Below, piece after piece: positions 30,194 through 43,995 of a DNA stretch of 64,000 nt. The stretch is taken from the NCBI RefSeq assembly GCF_009914755.1, contig NC_060929.1, one strand, 5' to 3'. This stretch comes from the human T2T-CHM13v2.0 reference genome, Homo sapiens. Every line of letters starts with the position of its first letter. The first letter of the stretch is position 1. Below the pieces are notes generated by a model. The model had not been told where the DNA came from and did not search any database. It saw only the letters and a program-made list of their open reading frames with translations. Made by a program: the position numbers and the translations under genes.

Positions 30194-33100
30194 GAGAGAG
30201 AATGTACATGCATTTTTCTTTCTCCATGTCCTGGAAAATTTGACAGTAGAGAAATAATCTGTTTCTTTATATATTTTTTAAAAACAGAATTAACCCACAA
30301 AATCATCTTAGCATTTGGAAGGATGTGGGTAGTTTTCAGTAAATATGTGAAGAATTAACGTACAAATAAATTTCATTTGTACCCGACCACCTGTCTGAAG
30401 CTTTGAAAGATTACATTTAGAAATGCACCCATTGCCATTCTCTTAATTGTAACTCCCTTCAGCAATTTTTTCGAGTGGCCCCATTCAGTCAATAAGTGTT
30501 TACACAGTAGCTTCCATGTCCGGAGCCTTGGGGTAGATGGTATGGATGATTCATGGAAGTACAAGACGTGGCTTACAATTTAATGTTCCCAGGGTGCGGA
30601 CATACAGCTGAAGCTTCTGTTTATGTGAATTTGATTCTAAAGCAATATCATTTATCATTGAATATTAATGGAGCAGTATTTGCAGATTACCCTTTAGGCT
30701 TACATTAGTCATCCTTGGATTTAGAGTTCAGTAGCTCAGTCCAGGCTGCACACACTGAGCCAGCACATGGTCTTTCCTTCTTGCATCAGAGTCTGGCTTC
30801 CCTCCCTGTTGCAGGTCTGCAGAGTAGAGCATGTTGATTGCTCTGTGGGGTGTGGCTCTGCCACTGGCTCCCTGTGTGACTCACTTCTCTTCCATGAATT
30901 TGGGTCTTTCACCTGTGAGATGGAGACACCGATCTTACTTTGTCATACTTAGATAGTATATGTAAAGCATCAAAACACAGTTGGCACCCAGAAAATCTAC
31001 ATTTACCTCCTCGTTTTGGTATCTCCCAAAATAGCTAGCTGAGTACTGGGCTATGAAGTACTATGGGGTATGGGACAGTTGTTCAAGTCTAGATTATTTT
31101 TAGAGCCCTTGACTGGTCTTCCTGCTTCCAAAATCCACTCCTTCCAGTCAATTTCCATCCAAGCTGCCAAAGTGATTTTAAAAACGCCAATGGAACCATG
31201 TCCATGAATGCCGGATATGACAGACCCACTGGCTCTCTAGTGCCCCCAGTAAACTCTTCAGTCTGAACCTTATGCTCCTTCCTCAGGCTTCCTCTGCTTA
31301 CCATCCAAGACTTGTCTTTCACTGTCATGGGCCACTCCAACGTCCACACCCTGGGGCAGGCTGTTCTCTCCACCTGGATCCCCCTTTTACTCTCTCCTTC
31401 CAGGCTGGCCCAGGAGCCCCACTCCCCAGTGCCATCTCCATCACATCGCTTCTCACCTTGCCTTCTATGAGTCTTTCCTGAGAGCCGACACCACGTATAC
31501 GTCATCCCTGACTCCCATGTGCCTGGCCCAGGGCCAGCGAAGGGCTAGGCATTCAGCTTGTATCTATTGTCCAGTGAACAATTAGGCTTTGGCTTGCATG
31601 GTAAAATATGAATGACATTTTCTCCATTTTAGTTCTCTGGGGATCCCTGGGGGAAATTGTTCTTTATAACAGAAATGAGGCCAGGAAAATCAATTGTGTT
31701 TCTCGGCTGCAGGAGATGATGGAACAGCGTAACTTTCCTGAATATCCCAGGGCACAGCACTATAACAGAGTGGCAAGAGGTGGACTGTGCTGGAGGCCCC
31801 TTTCATTCTTACGTGCATTTCAAGCCAAGCTCAGGCGAGAACTCACCATTCAGCTGCCCACTGCTCATGAAATTCAGGAGCTGGCGTGCTTGCAAAGCTT
31901 CCTTGCAAAGCTCCTTTTTTCTTTTTAGGTCATAATGAGCTGGTTGGGCAGCTGCTTGGTTGCCAATGACTTTATAGTTAAACACCCACACTCCAAGACT
32001 CTGCCTTCAGTAAATGGAGGGAGAACAAAAGACCGCAAGAAAGACAGGAGAATGAACATTGATACAGCATCTTCTGGGTTCTAGGCACAGTGACTGCTGC
32101 ATTTGTCTACTTCCTTGACCTGCATAAGTGCCCTGTGATGGGGACATTATTGTAATCACTCCCTTTGTACAGAAGATAGAGAATGAGAGAGAAGTGACTT
32201 GTCCAAGGCCACATGCGTTAGATAGGGGCCATTTGTGTGTCTTCTGAGCAATCAGTTTGCTTTTATCTTCTGGACTCTATGAATATTATCGCCGACCCAT
32301 TTCCTATCATTGGTCAGGTTTCTGGAAAACCTTGAGCTATATGTCTTGCCCGCCTGCTGCAAGTAGGGACACTGTTAACATACCTGCCTCCAACTTATGG
32401 CCATCCTTTTTCCTTCCATTTCCTCCATTACTATTTTTCTCATCTATAAAATGGGAATAACAGTAATTATACTGATCACAATATTGTTGTGGAGAAACCA
32501 AGCAAAGTGCTCAGGGCAGAATTGGGCACAGTGTGAACACTCAACGTGGAGCCTGTCAGTTGCCAGAAGTCATTTCTGGAAAAAGAGGAAAGTGTAATAA
32601 AGATAAGATGAGCGAAACAAGTTAGGTGGCATTTTATACTTAGCATAGGTTTATCAAGCACCTACTGCAACCAAGTCCTGGCCAGATGCAGGGGCTATAG
32701 AGATGAGTCCTCAGGGCCTCGGGCCTCAAGGAGCAAGCGGTTCAGTCAAAACCCAGGTCTGCCACAGGTGAATGTCAAACTGGCTTTCTCAGCTGGCCTG
32801 ATGCGAGTTCCTTCCACGGAGCCTGTAGTGAAGAGCATTCCATGCTCTCTGCATCTCCTGTCCTGCTTTATTTTCTGTGTCCAGGAAGCAGCCCAGATCT
32901 GAAGCTCACCTCCAGCCATGTGGTTTGTCCATAGCCCCTCAAAGAAGAGCTTTGCATAAAGGAAGACACCCCTGGGCTGACGCCCCACCCTCGGTTGTGA
33001 GGCCCCATTCATCCTGCCAGGGCTACGGGGTCACAGTTGAATAAGCACACAAACAGGGGACCCAATTTGCAGCTGCGGCAGGCAGATCGGCTGAGGGAAG

Positions 33101-34644
33101 ATAATTTCATTAGGTTCCAGGCTCTTGCTCTAATGCTCTGTGGCGATGTCTCTGTGGCCTTGCAGGCTGGCTGTGCGTGCACTCCTGTGTCTACTGGATA
33201 ATTTTCTTGTCTTTGTACAGTCAGAATGGTGGATAAGGATGTGCACGTCCATCTTTTTTGGAGCCAGGAAGAGTGGGTGAAATGCAAGAGTCTGATTTCT
33301 GCTCTGATCAAACCATGGGAAAGTTAATTAAGGCTGTGACTCACCAGACCATCTTGATGAAATTAAGCAGTGCAGCCAGGCCTCTGGCTATTTTAGTGGC
33401 AGGAAGTCAAATGGTTGGCTCTGTTGGTGACTCCATAAGTGTATATTTAAATAATAATGACAGTAATAATATCCAACATTTATGGGAGCTTTACATCCAG
33501 CATCTTTGGAAGTCCACCCAATGTACCTAGTAGGTAGGTGTTATGATTCAGATAAGGAGATGCAGATAAGGAGACTGAGGCTCAGAGAGGTGGCGTCGTG
33601 TACTGAAGGTAACACAGCCAGGAAATTGTGGAGCAGAGATTAAATCCTAGTTTGATGGTAAGGCCTATTCTCCTTTTCCCACCTCACACTGGTTCTCTTT
33701 CAGGTTCCTGCATCCCAGTCTCTGAACAGCCAAAACTAAACTGCTATATCATCTGTATCCTGAACGCTTGCTAGCCCTTCATTTTCTTAATAGCAAATTA
33801 AAATTATCATCATGGCAGCAGTAAATAAGCTTCATGACCTCACTGCTCCAAGCCCATTTGCCTGCATTTTGGGACAAATTTGTAGCTACAATCATTGCCT
33901 GTGGAAACAGCAAGACTGTGCGATGACATCTTAATTTCCCGAGTTTCACTTTGTACAAAATGACCCTGGTGAGACTTGTGAGGGTTTTCTTGTTTGGATC
34001 ATTTTTCCCAAACGCTAGTGATTGACAAGTTTGCGGATGAAAGCTCCACATCCCAGGCCAGAGGAAGGCCTAGGTGTATTGAGCAAATGTCAGAAAGAAG
34101 AGACTCCACCTGACCTGGCTGTGCGAGGCTAGGAAGTCCTTTCACCTTGCCACAGTCAGATGGGGATTAATGACATCTTCGTCAAACCGTTGTTGTTATT
34201 TTGGACTTAAACTAAAGCAATGCACGCAAAGCCCAGCTCCTGGCTTACAGGGATGCTCAATGAATATTAGGTCCTTCTCCTCTACATTCTCAAATCCCTC
34301 CTTTGTGGTAGATGGTGGCCTGTACATATTTGGAGATTTTTTGTGGACACATGTTTCAGACCCGTTTAACCCCCTGCCCTGCCCTGTCAAGTACCTGGCC
34401 ACAGGAGCCCATGGTGCCAGCTGGAAGCCAGCTCCTGGCTCAGCCCCAGACAAGTCACACTCCTGGCCTCACCCTGGGCCTTGTTGAACAGATTGGGGTG
34501 ATTGCTGGCTAACTGACCCCGGGCCAATCACTTTCTGGAAACTTATTTCCTCTAAAATAGGGATAAAAAGCCCAACCAGACAGGGTTGTTGAAAGGCTTA
34601 ATGCAAGTAACAAAAGAAAGTAATGAAAGCACCATCCCCAAGTT

Positions 34645-34835
34645 AAAAACTGGGAAACTTCATGTAATTTCATGATCTCTACCTTTCTTGAAAAATCAGA
34701 TCAGCCATGTTAGAATCTCATTCCCGTCCTTGACAACGATTGTCTGGAGCTGTGCAGCTGCTGTCCCCTGTCAATGAGGCAGGTTCCCTCTAGGTCCCGA
34801 GCATGCCACAGCAGCCTTCTTCACTCATTGGTGGT
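34645..34835. mobile_element. MER102-like hAT relic
   Basis: ttcttgaaaaatcaga ... gacaacgattgtctggagctg ... gctgtcccct. Confidence 0.5.
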
Positions 34836-35742
34836 GTGTGCCTGCTCCCTGCTTGCACAGAGAAGGTCACCAGGCCAGGTTGGCTCCTTTCCTCTCAACA
34901 GGTCGGTGAGATCTAGGTAAACAGGTTTCCATCTATGACACACTTGCTTTTGCTTTGTTGCCTTATAAAGGCACAACCTTGTGAGTTAAGGCCTCAGCTT
35001 CTCCATCCTGTAAGAGGTTCACTGTCAAAGGTCTTAGTATTCTCTGGCCCATGTTGAGTGATGACTTGAACTTTTAAAATGAAAAACATTTCGGGAGCCC
35101 AGAGATTTATCTCCTACATCGGCAGGGCCCTCGGACCCTCGCTCTTCTTCCTAACGATTATACCACAGCACATTAATTTGGGAAATGAATTACTGCTTTG
35201 GAATGTTCCAGTTCAAACTGTGCTTTTTCTCTTTCAAGGATTCCACAAATATTAATGAGTTTCTGGCTCTACACCCAGGAATCACACTTCTACACCCCTC
35301 CTTCTTCCCATGGGGAGCTTTCCTCTCTGGGTTCTGAAAGAGATTCCTGAATTATTGCTCATATAAAGTTTGAGGCCATAGATGTTTCATTTTCCTTTTA
35401 CTTTCAAAAGGCAATTTACTTAGTGAGATTCATTGGGGCCCTAGAGAATGGGCTTCTTTAATGGGTTTTGGGGGGCTTCCATGGGGAGCTGACCAAACAT
35501 TATGATAATGCAATCTTTTTGGTTTGCGGATGGAGAGAACCGGTGTATTCCATGCTGCAACAATCATACAGCCACTCCAGAGGCTGTGGAGTGAGTAGAA
35601 GGTGCACATGGCCTTTATGGTCACACCTGAATTCAAATCCTGGCTACTCCATTCATTAATTGAGTTTCCTTATAGGCAGGTGACTTAACTACTCCGTGTT
35701 TCATTTTCTTCATGTATAAAACAGGAAAAATGACAGGCTCTA

Positions 35743-36105
<363 letters not shown>

Positions 36106-37906
36106 TTAAAATAACTACATCATGTTTTATAAATTCTAATATGCATCTTAAGCCTTTCCAGTGAAATCATCTTGGATATGAGAGCACAGCCCACAGACAA
36201 AGCCAACTCCTTCTCTAGGGATTGACCCTAGAGAATTGAGGTCTCTAATTCTGTCTAATTGAGGGATTAGACAGAACAATGGGCAGTAAACAGGCCCTCC
36301 ACAGATGTTACCTCCCATACCTGTCTTGCCATTTTAGGGTTGTCATTTCTATCCAAGAGAGGATCTTTACAGGAATTCTTCTGATATATTGACTTAGATG
36401 CCATTTACTGAACACATACTGTTTCAGACCGAAGCCAGACAGGTGAGCTCCATAATCTCATTCCACCTTTCGGCGTTTTGGGGTGTGAGAGAACATTCTA
36501 GTTCCTGTTTTATGAATGAAGAAACTGAGGCTTAGAGATATCACAAAAGTTGTTCAAAGTCGCACAGGTGGTAATAGTGGGAGAAGCTGCAGGCGGAGAG
36601 TCCGTCTGTCCCCAGAGGCTATACTGGCTCCAGACCAGCTCTGGCCAGTAATGAAGGCTGTCTTCAGCCTCATTCCAGTATTTCACAACACCCCAAGGAA
36701 ACGATTCCTTTTCTTCTGATTAGGCCAAATAGACCAACAGAAACATCATGATCACCCTGGTTATCTCCTATTCTCAGATATGTGCATGAGTCTGATAAAT
36801 CCAAAACAGGAGAATGAATTCATTCGTATTGAATAAATGCAGTCTGTTTGGCATGAAAAAAACTCATTTGAAACATGGGAACTATGGGACAGGGAGAGGA
36901 ACAAGACTTTAGATCCTAAGGCATGTTCCTTCTCCCAGATCCTTGGTCTCTGGGCACCTGCTCTATGCCAGGCGCTGGGCTTGGCATTTCCACACAATGA
37001 TTTCATTTCCTCCTTACATCCGTGCTTCAAGGTGGCTATTAGGATTCTCGTTTCCAGATAAGACAGCTGAGCCCAGGAAATGTAATAAGAGACCCAGAAA
37101 GTGATGGGTGGGAATCTCAGCAAGGGTGTTTCTGGCTTCAGGACAAAGCTGAGGTCAAGACCTGGTTTTTCTCTTTATCAGGACAGAACAGATGGATGCA
37201 AAGGTGAAGTCACAGTGAAACATACTTCCTGGCCTGGGAACATGTGGGCTTTGAGGGCAGACTTGGCTTCTAGGTATTATTTAAAGGTGAAATTGGTAAG
37301 CCCCTTGAAGGGGCTGAGTGGATGTGGAATCAGCCATGACCCCCATCTGCATACCGATACTGACAGGGATCAGAAAGGGGCTTTGGGTTCTGGAATCCCA
37401 CCACTCTTGCCTTCTAAGGCTCACTGACAAGGAGGTCTGTCTATAAGGACTAGCCCCAAATGGCAAAGAACTGCTGTATTCACCTGGCAAGCATCCCTAA
37501 CTCCGAGGGGCAGCACCTCCAGTAAGCAAAGCTGGGGTTGAGGCTCAGGGTGGGGTCCTCAATGAATTTACAGATTCCTGTCCTGTTGTGCCCACCTTCG
37601 CCCCAAAGAGGGATCTCATCCTGCAGTGCAAGGAGGCAGTCCAAAGTGTACGCCGCCACCAGAGGGAAACCCATGAGGTGGAAGGTAGGAGAGGGTGTAT
37701 TTTTTTTTCCATGTCTAGTGTCAGGCTCACTGAAAGATAGCTGAAGTCAGGATGCCACAGGGAAGGAGAGGAAGAGCGTCTTACTCTTCCTGCACAGAGG
37801 AGCCTGGCCCAAAAAAGATACCCCAGGCTTCTCCGTGCAGGAAGAATAAGATCCCTACCCTCATCCTGACCCACGAGGAAAGAAGGAAAGGAAGAGTTTG
37901 TGGGGA

Positions 37907-38209
<303 letters not shown>

Positions 38210-38387
38210 TGAGATGTTAGTGGGGCCTGGGCTCTGGGAGGCAGGAAGAGAAAGGCAAAGGGCTGGAACCTGGTGCCTGCCTTTTAAGGCACAGGGTCCC
38301 CAGTAAAGCATAGCTCGTTACAAGTTTGACTCTGAAAAATAAGATATGGAATGCCTTCTCCTGCCTTCACATTGGGCACAGGGGCAG

Positions 38388-38930
38388 CTGTGTTGACGGT
38401 CCCCAAGACCATCCCCAGGTTCAATAATTCACCAGGAGGACTCACAGCACTCAGCATATGGCTGTATGCATGGCTGTGATCTCTTACAGCAAAGGGATAC
38501 GCAGCAAAATCAGCAAAAGAAAAGAAAAAAAGAGCATGAGGCAACGTCGAGGGGAAACCAGGCACAACCTTCCAAGAATCGTCTCCCAGTGGAGTCATGG
38601 AGGATGCGCTTCATTCCCGCAGCAGTTTCAGAGGCGCGTGGGCAACGTCCGCCAGGGAAGCTTGTTAGAGACTGTCTCCAGGGTTTTCACTGGGGGCTGG
38701 TCACATAGGCACTGTTTGCTTAGCACCCACCCAAGTTTCAGACTCCAGGTGTTCAACATAAGCCATATTGTAAGTACAAGTTAGGCAGGGTGAGCCACTC
38801 CTATCAGTTCTGGGGATGGTGGGAACATTCTTAAAATCCAGCTTCCCAGACACCAGCCAAGGGGCCAGTCTTGCATGCAGACCTTTCCAGGGGTACCAAT
38901 CTCAGGCTGGCTGTGTGAACTGTTTTGTGT
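38388..38930. mobile_element. MER21-like LTR
   Basis: ggtccccaagaccatccccaggttcaataattcaccaggaggactcacagcactcagcata ... caaaatcagcaaa ... cccagtggagtca ... ccagccaaggggcca. Confidence 0.75.
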
Positions 38931-39928
38931 GAAAACGCCCTCCAAGACTCCTCCCAGGTAAGGTGTGTCTGTGTGTATTTGTTCAGGGCAGTGGGGTGGG
39001 GAGGTAGAAGACAGGGTAGAGATTCCTTCCTCCTCATGGACAAGGTAGCAAATTGAGCACGGGGGCAGAAATGCCGTCTTCCCCAACATGGCTGACTTAT
39101 GTCCAGAGGAGATACTGCTGGGTGTGCTAGACTGTGGTATTAGCAGAATTATTCTTATCCTTGCAAGAATTACAGGGAGACATGGAGTAGTTTATCTGGC
39201 AGGGGAACCCCCACTGGAATGCCTAGCAGTGCCACACATTGAAATTTGGGAATGATATTTAATTTTCCAAACCAACTTTGCTGATCTGATTCTTTCTTTT
39301 CTTCTTCCTTCCCCTTCTTCTTCCTTTTTTTTTTTTTTTTTTTTCCATCAACTTTTCTGCCAAGAAAGGGGATTAAGGAATGGAAGTAGCTTAATGGAAC
39401 AAGCTATTTGGGCTGCCGGGCTCATGTCTCCATGGAGATGGTAATGCAGGCTGTGTCTAGACAGACGGTTGGCGGGGATGCAGTGAGACAGTTGTGCGCC
39501 TCTGACTGGAGCCGAGATCTGCACGGATGGCCCTCTGGGCTGAGGGGGATAGTCTGGCCCTGCTATGGGGCCTGTCTCTTGGGGTTGGATGGAGCAACTA
39601 GATGTGAGTTCTTCTTCCGAGTTCACCTGTGTGCCCTTTGTGCAGGCCCAGGCCAAGAGCTGGGCAGGCGGCCACCGAGGCACAGGCCCTACTCTTGAGG
39701 AGCTCATGGACTGCTAGGGCAGGCTGATGTGTTACGTGGCTGTGATAGCACATGTGATGTGTGGCTGCAGCTGGAACTGATGGCCTTGGGAGCCTGGGGG
39801 GATGGGGGGCTTGCTCAAAGGGGAAGTCTGGGAAGGCTTCCTGGTGTGTGTGTGGAGCACCCTCTAAGTGGGAGGCCGTGGGAGGCATGCCAGTAGCAGA
39901 CAGCCTAGAACTTTCAGGAACTAGGACT

Positions 39929-39929
<1 letters not shown>

Positions 39930-39969
<40 letters not shown>
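39930..39969. repeat. (TG)~19 microsatellite
   Basis: Perfect TG run. Confidence 0.95.
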
Positions 39970-39970
<1 letters not shown>

Positions 39971-42409
39971 TGGGGCAGGAACAATTAGTGAAGTGGGACA
40001 GGTAAGCAGGGACCAGATGATGGAAATAGCACAGTGCCAAGGAAATAATACGTGTTTTGGATCCAGGCAAACCTGGCTTCTAGGTCTTGCTTTACTACTA
40101 ATTGGCTGGATAATCCATTATTTAATCCACAATTTACCCAACATCTGCAAGCCTCAGTTTTGCCATCTGAAAACCAGGAATATCAACAGTCCTCACTTTA
40201 TGGAATCCTGGGTAGGACTTAGTGAGATGATACTTGTCAAGTGCTGAGTAGCTGATGATTTAAGGATGTGAGTTTCTTGCCCTCCTTTATTCAGAAGCCA
40301 GACAAAGGATTTTGAACATTGTCTTGTTCCAATGACAGTCTCCAGGCTACTTGCATTCAAACCTCCTGGATTTGTGTGGAAAATGCTGATTTCTGGGTGT
40401 TATCATAGAACAGGGGGATCAGAATCTATGTGTACTCAGGACTCTGCATCTTACCATTCTCTTTAGATGGTTCTGATGCTTAGTCAAGTCATAGACCTGC
40501 TGTGCCAGGAGATGGGAAGTCAGGGGGAGGGCTTTCAGCCCCACCATGCAATGTTCAGAAGAGTAATTTAAGAAGATAGCTTTGGTGGCCAATAGGGAGA
40601 ATAGTTAGGGTCGGGGATGCAGGAGGGGTCAGAGAGGAAATGATCCCTGTCAAAGGTGCTTTTCTGCCCCATTAATATGAATCATCAGCAAAACCCTTAA
40701 AGGGTGGGGCCCTTGGGCCCTGGGGAAGGTCAAACACAGAGGGTATGGCCCTGCCCTTGAGGGGCTGTCAGTTGGTTGGGGAGGACGGATCACAGATGTA
40801 ATACAGTGTAATACCCAGGCAACACAGAGTAATACCCAGTGGCTTCGTGCTGAGGCGATAGTCGAACCAAATTCATAAATCCTGCATAATTACAAAAATA
40901 ACAACAATGACAACAAGAAGCATTAATTTGTCACTTTAGCATTTACATGACTCTCTTTCCTTTTGCATTAATCATCTTGCTTGTACCTCATGATAGTTTT
41001 TCGTACATTAGCGCACTGATTTAGAGCCATTGTGTAGGTGGTGGGGTCAAGGCTTGTCTTGATTCTGAGGTGGCCCAGACTCGGCACGTGAGGATGCTCT
41101 ATGTGACTATACAAAGTTGGAGGGGCCACAGTGTGTAAAATGGGATGGAACAGAAGGAATCAAGATTTAAGCTGGGATCCATGTAGATGGGAACAAGAAG
41201 CAAGCCTGTAAAAACATATGGGGGATTGATGGCAGGATTGTAATAAGTGTTTTTCCTTTTGGATTTTCAATATTGTTCTTATAATAATGGTGCAATATAT
41301 TTTTAATAAAAATGAACTGTAATGTTATTGTAGGTTTATAGGCAGTCTAACATATGGTTAACCAGCTGGGCTTCTGAGTGAGACAGGTCTGAGTTATAAT
41401 CCTCACCCTGCCCCTCACATATGTAAGGTCTTTCCATCTATCTCTGATACAACATTGTACAATGGGCACACTGATAGCACCTACTTCATGGAGTTGCAGG
41501 GCCATGAAGTATTGAAATGTATGTAAGCATTCCATGTATGCTAATTAACTAAAGGCATTCCCGGGAAAGGCTGAGCATCTACTAGGATAGGCTAGGCCTA
41601 TCCTGAGGGCTTTTATGCACTACCACGCCCCGCCATCCAACAGCTATTGTGAAGCAGCCATCAGTGTCACCTACCTTTCAGAGAAGTAAGCTGAGGATTC
41701 CAAAGGGTAAGCAACTTTCCCAGGTTCATTGGTGAGCAGGTGGCGAGCTGTGCTTTCAGTCTAGACCTTCTGGCTTCGAAGGCTCTGCTTCATTCACTAC
41801 TTGGTACTAGGGGAAGGGCTAAAAAGAACCCAGGTGTCATCTGGGCAGAATTTACAGAGGTTGCAACCCCTTTGAACTTTCTGCTCAAGCCCTATTGTCA
41901 GGATCTTTGGGGCTCAGCCAGGAACAAGGTGCCGGGAGGCCTAATTCTGTCTCTGGAGGTTCCAGCTGCCACATACAGAAGGCAAATGTCTGTTTGGCCG
42001 CCCTGTTTTTATTTCCCCACAAAGTTTAATTTCCCTGATGTGAGTGGTTCTATTGCTTTGAAGTTTCCAGGGTTTGCATTCTTCATAAAAAAGACTGGTT
42101 TATGGTGCACTGTGGTGCTAAGATGTGGCAGTACCTGAGTGTTAATGAAGTTCATGTTTCCTGACATGATGAGGGTCCTAGATCAGCATCCTGGCTTGAC
42201 AGTGGAAGGGTTTTTGGTTTTCTCCACTGTCTTCCTAATTCCTGAGGTTTCTACCTGGGTGGTGACATATCTTCCTAGAATAAGTTTACAGTATGCATCG
42301 TGCATGGTATCTTGCTTCGTTGCACTATTACAAGCAAATGTAGCTGCAGGACAGGAAAATATGTATCACAACGCCAATTAAGGTATGGTTAGGGTTGAGG
42401 GCTTTAGAA

Positions 42410-42830
42410 TGAGATACTCTAGAGTTCTAAGCAGGCTGTACTCCTTCAGGAACCATGTGGCCTCAGACAAGTTACTAAACCTCTCTGTGCTTCAGTTTCT
42501 ACAGCTATAAAATGGGGGTAATAATTCAGCTTCCAGGGCTATCATGAGGTTTAAAGGAGATCACACATAAAAATCACTCGCCAAATGCCTTGCTCATTAT
42601 TGAATAGTCAATAAGTGATTGTTATTATCAGGTAAGCCCATAGGCTGGGCCAGTAATACCAGGCAATTTATAGGCACCATCTCATTTAATCTTCACAGCA
42701 ATCCTATGGGGTGGGATTGATTTTTCTGGTCCCCATTTAACAGATGAAGAAAAAGGGGCTCAGAGAGATGAAGCATCTTACCCAAGGTCACACAGCTCAT
42801 CAGAAGCAGAAGCGAGATTGACTCCTGTCA
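42410..42830. mobile_element. Two adjacent MIR elements in opposite orientation (examples of many MIRs in the window)
   Basis: caagttactaaacctctctgtgcttcagtttct..ctataaaatgggg (+) followed by ccccatttaacagatgaagaaa..ggctcagagag..cccaaggtcacacagct (-). Confidence 0.75.
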
Positions 42831-43537
42831 CGATGTGGCCATAGTTACCTCAGAGAACTGCCTAAATACTTTCCAGAATGCAGGGTCCAGCTCTCCCAGC
42901 TGTGAGAGAGAAGCTTCTCATCTTTGAGGGGCACAGCAGGCAGACAAAGAGGCCACTTCAGGGTCAACTAAGGATTCTTCCAGCATCAGACAAACTATAC
43001 TTCAGATGACCATATGCAGTGATTTCATCCAACTGGGTTCTTCCCTTCAGTCACTCTGCCAAGCTGTAGAACAGTTAAGACGGGTCCTGAAAACTCACTG
43101 CAGCCAGTGCTTTGTACCAAAAGTGAGGATAAGGTGTGGGCTAGGGAATGAATTAGCCTCTCCCCTATCCCATGCCAGGTCATGAGTTGGAAGTTGGGAA
43201 TAAGATTTGGTCCCTGTCCACATGACACACGCAATGAACAATTGTGATCCAGTGGGCTGAGTGCTAAGTGGTAGATGGATGCACAAAGTGTAATGAGAGC
43301 AAAACTAGGCAAAGGAAGGCTTCTCAGAGGAGGTGACATGGTGAGTTGGGCTTTGAAGCATGACTAGGAGTTCACCAAGGGGAGAGTGGCTGAAAAGATA
43401 TGCAAGAGCAGTTCATACGGCAGTCTTCCTGAGTGGTTGGAGCTTTTGAAGTGCATGCTGAGGAGCATGGCAGACAATATGGGGGAAGAGAGGAGTCCGC
43501 ATTTGTAGCACGTATACCAGGCACTGTGGGAGGGCGC

Positions 43538-43995
43538 TGTATTCATTTCCTGGAGCTGCCAAAACAAATGACCATAAACTGTGCGGCTGAATGCAACAGA
43601 AACTTGTTCTCTCACAGTTCAGGGTGTCAGACATCCACTGCTGAGGTGCTGGCAGGGCCACATTTCCTCTGAAGTCTCCAGGGAAGAATCTCTCCTTTCC
43701 TCTTTGGGCTTGTGGTGAGCGCAGGTGTTCCCAGGCTTGTGGATGCATCACTCAAATCCCGCCTCCCGTTTTCATGTGGCTTCTCTTCTTTCTGTGGGTC
43801 TGTCTCCCTCCGTGTGTCTCTAATAGGGGCACTGCTTGAATTCAGGGCCTGCCTGCATAATCCAGGATGATTTCATCTCAAGATTCTTAACTAAATTACA
43901 TCTGCAAAGGCCCCTTTTCTAAATAAGATCACATTGACAGGTTCTGGAGATTTGGATGTGGGCATGTATTTCAGGGGCCACCACTCGACCCACTT
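43538..43995 (-). mobile_element. MLT1C-like solo LTR
   Basis: tgtattcatttcctggagctgcc ... ttctctcacagttc ... taatccaggatgatttcatctcaagattcttaactaaattacatctgcaaag. Confidence 0.82.

Noticed and set aside
41584-41604. Perfect hairpin aggataggc-tag-gcctatcct (9-bp stem)
   Set aside because: A stem this short is expected occasionally in 64 kb; too short for a pre-miRNA and has no supporting context.
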